Assembly: GCF_000315625.1 (NCBI RefSeq)
Contig: NW_005434660.1
Span: forward strand, 894,743-929,976
Source: Guillardia theta CCMP2712
Taxonomy: Eukaryota; Protista; Cryptophyta
Direction: 5' to 3'
DNA length: 35,234 bases
Part shown: positions 33,025 to 35,234 of the stretch, one piece after another
How positions within the stretch are numbered: the stretch's first letter is position 1
How the letters are laid out: each line of letters opens with the position of its first letter
Position numbers and translations under genes: made by a program
The notes under the pieces: generated by a model
Databases searched by the model: none
What the model saw: only the letters and a program-made list of their open reading frames with translations
Told to the model about the DNA's origin: nothing

Positions 33025-35234
33025 ATGCCCAGATCCACCATGCTTTGGCCGAGCCTTGCATGCGTTGCAGTTGCCCTCACACTGGTTTCTTCTCTCGTCG
33101 ATGCAGATATCTCAGTGAATGGCAACATGCTGCTCGGAATGAAACAACAGGGGCTCTCTCAATCATCCTGCATGCGTTTGAGGGGAGGGAACGTCGCAAT
33201 GACTACGGAGCCGGCTTCTGCTGTTGATGCCGATGCAAAGACCAAGAAGCATCCTGGTTTCATCTCTCCTAATCGTTTGCTTGTCCGTGAGGCAACCAGG
33301 TGAGCTGATCCCTTCGGGACTTGCCTCCATTGCCTTGCTACCATTGTCCATATATCTCTTGCACTTGGTTTCTGGTGCATTGCCATGAGCTCTAGTAGAT
33401 CGAGTGTAAGTACGTGAATTGACACGTTTGATTGCAGCAAGGATAACAGTATTATCGGACTCCACCCCGACAGGATCCAGGAGCTCGGATTTTTCAATGG
33501 CGACACCATTAAAGTGAAAGGGAGGCGGTCGAGGGAGACAGTCCTCGTGGTCGTCCCCGATGAGTCGATTAAGGTGGAAGAAGCACGCCTCCCCGACGTG
33601 GCTTCGAAGTATCTCCGAGTACGATTCCCTGGCAACGTGATGTCATGCCTGATCCTCTTGCCAGATCCCAGCTGGGAGCAAGGATCGCATCAAGGTCCAT
33701 GAGTTTCCGGAAATCAAGAATGCCAAGAGGGTCCATGTCTTGCCGTACGTGGAGCTCGATGCAGGTGTGAGAACATGACGTTGGTTGCAGATTCAAAGAC
33801 AGTGTCAATGGGTTCGAAGGAGACCCCTTCGAGGTGAGCTCACGATATCAGGTTGTGCCATGGAAGATTTCCTGACTCGTGGGCAGGTGTTCTTGAAGCC
33901 ATATTTCTTTGAGAACTATCGCCCTGTTCATGTCGGCGAAGTGTTCCCGGTCTACAATCAGGAGCTCGACATGACTGTTGACTTCAAGGTTGGGACGCTG
34001 CTGCAGCACTGACGACCAGAGTTGACCTTGTCATCCAGGTCATGCAGATCGATGACGAAGAAACCGAGTGGGGCATCGTAGCGCCTGAGACAGTCGTCTA
34101 CACTGAAGTGAGAGACAGCTTGTGCTCCACTGCTTCTGAGATTCGGCTGCTCTGCCCTCTCATACGATGATGTTTCCCTTGCTCTTTCTCCCCCTGCCTC
34201 GTGATCCCTTCCTGGGTCCATGCCAGATTCCTCTCCTTTCCTCCCCACAGACGATGACTTGGGCACAGGGCAAGCCATTGGAGCGTGAAGAAGACCCAGC
34301 AAGGAGCTCTGAGGTTGGCTACGACGACATCGGAGGACTCTCGAAGCAGATCCACCTGCTGCGGGAAATGATAGAACTACCCCTCAGGCACCCCGCGTTC
34401 TTCACGAAGCTGGGAGTGAACCCTCCACGTGGTATCCTCCTCTATGGACCTCCTGGATGCGGAAAGACGATGGTCGGACAGGCTCTGGCGACCGAGTCGG
34501 GAGCGTTCTTCTTTCTGATCAACGGGCCCGAGGTCATGTCGGGCAAGGCCGGCGAGTCGGAGTCTCACCTTCGCCGATGCTTCGAGGAGGCAGAGAAGAA
34601 CCAGCCCTCGATCATCTGGATCGACGAGGTGGACGTCATCGCTCCGAAGAGAGACAAGGCCAACGGAGAAGTTGAGAAGAGGATAGTGTCGCAGCTCCTG
34701 TCGCTCATGGATGGAATCACGGCGAACAAGCAGATCATGGTTGTCGCCGCCACTGGCAAGCCCAACAACATCGATGGAGCTCTCAGGAGGTTTGGGAGGT
34801 TCTCCAAGGAGATCGAGTTGACATCTCCGGATGACAAGGGCCGTTACGAGATCCTCAAGATCAAGACCAGGAACATGCAGCTTGCCGACGATGTCGACTT
34901 GCAGCAGGTGGCTCACGATACGCATGGATACACGGGAGGCGATCTTGGGCAGTTGGCAATGGAGGCAGGTCTTGCTGCTGTGAGGGGCCAGATGGACAAG
35001 ATCGACATCGATGCTGATGAGATTGAGATGTCAGTGATGAAGTCGATCAAGATCAGGCACATCGACTTCCTTCAAGCCATGCAGAAATGTCATCCTTCCT
35101 CCCTGCGCGACAAGGCTGTAGAGATCCCCGATGTCACCTGGAACGACGTTGGAGGGTGAGGAGGAGGAGGAGGAGGAGGAGGAGGAGTGCGACGGGCGAG
35201 GGGGGGGTAGGGGGGAGGCGAAGGAAGTGGTGTC
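33025..35234 (+). CDS. CDC48: Cdc48/p97 AAA+ ATPase with N-terminal bipartite leader (candidate periplastid/SELMA sCdc48); 3'-partial
   Basis: N-domain PNRLLV..DNSIIGLHPDRIQELGFFNGDTIKVKGRR, FLKPYFFENYRPVHVG; D1 VGYDDIGG, ELPLRHP, Walker A GPPGCGKT, Walker B [16 protein letters not shown]; start of D2 EIPDVTWNDVGG. Leader MPRSTMLWPSLACVAVALTLVSSLVDA is signal-peptide-like. Confidence 0.95.

Overview
Gene-dense eukaryotic nuclear DNA with many short GT-AG introns, microsatellite-filled introns and three 100-N assembly gaps. Intron style, repeats and bipartite leader peptides suggest a cryptophyte-like alga with a complex red plastid (inference). Hand-spliced genes in order: 3' part of an O-GlcNAc transferase (+), Gfo/Idh/MocA oxidoreductase (-), ABC1/UbiB atypical kinase (+), Mo25/CAB39 (-), multi-TM GT-C-like membrane protein (+), C2H2 zinc finger plus GFA/Mss4-like protein (-), a head-to-head inverted pair of bHLH-PAS-like genes with an extra C-terminal domain, two identical convergent tRNA-Pro(AGG) genes in an inverted duplication, a SPRY-like protein (-), a signal-peptide protein (-), and the 5' part of a signal-peptide-bearing Cdc48/p97 (+). 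The most notable signals are: (1) the last two divergent genes both have a signal peptide followed by a ubiquitin C-terminus mimic (LRLRGG / MRLRGG) ending the leader; (2) the bHLH-PAS pair has a possible calycin/FABP-like C-terminal domain and patchwork identity; (3) two GC-rich, palindrome-dense non-coding islands, one in a symmetric GGGGT/AT/GC/AT/GGGGT arrangement; (4) tRNA trailers that can pair with the acceptor stem. All gene models were spliced by eye and no searches were run.
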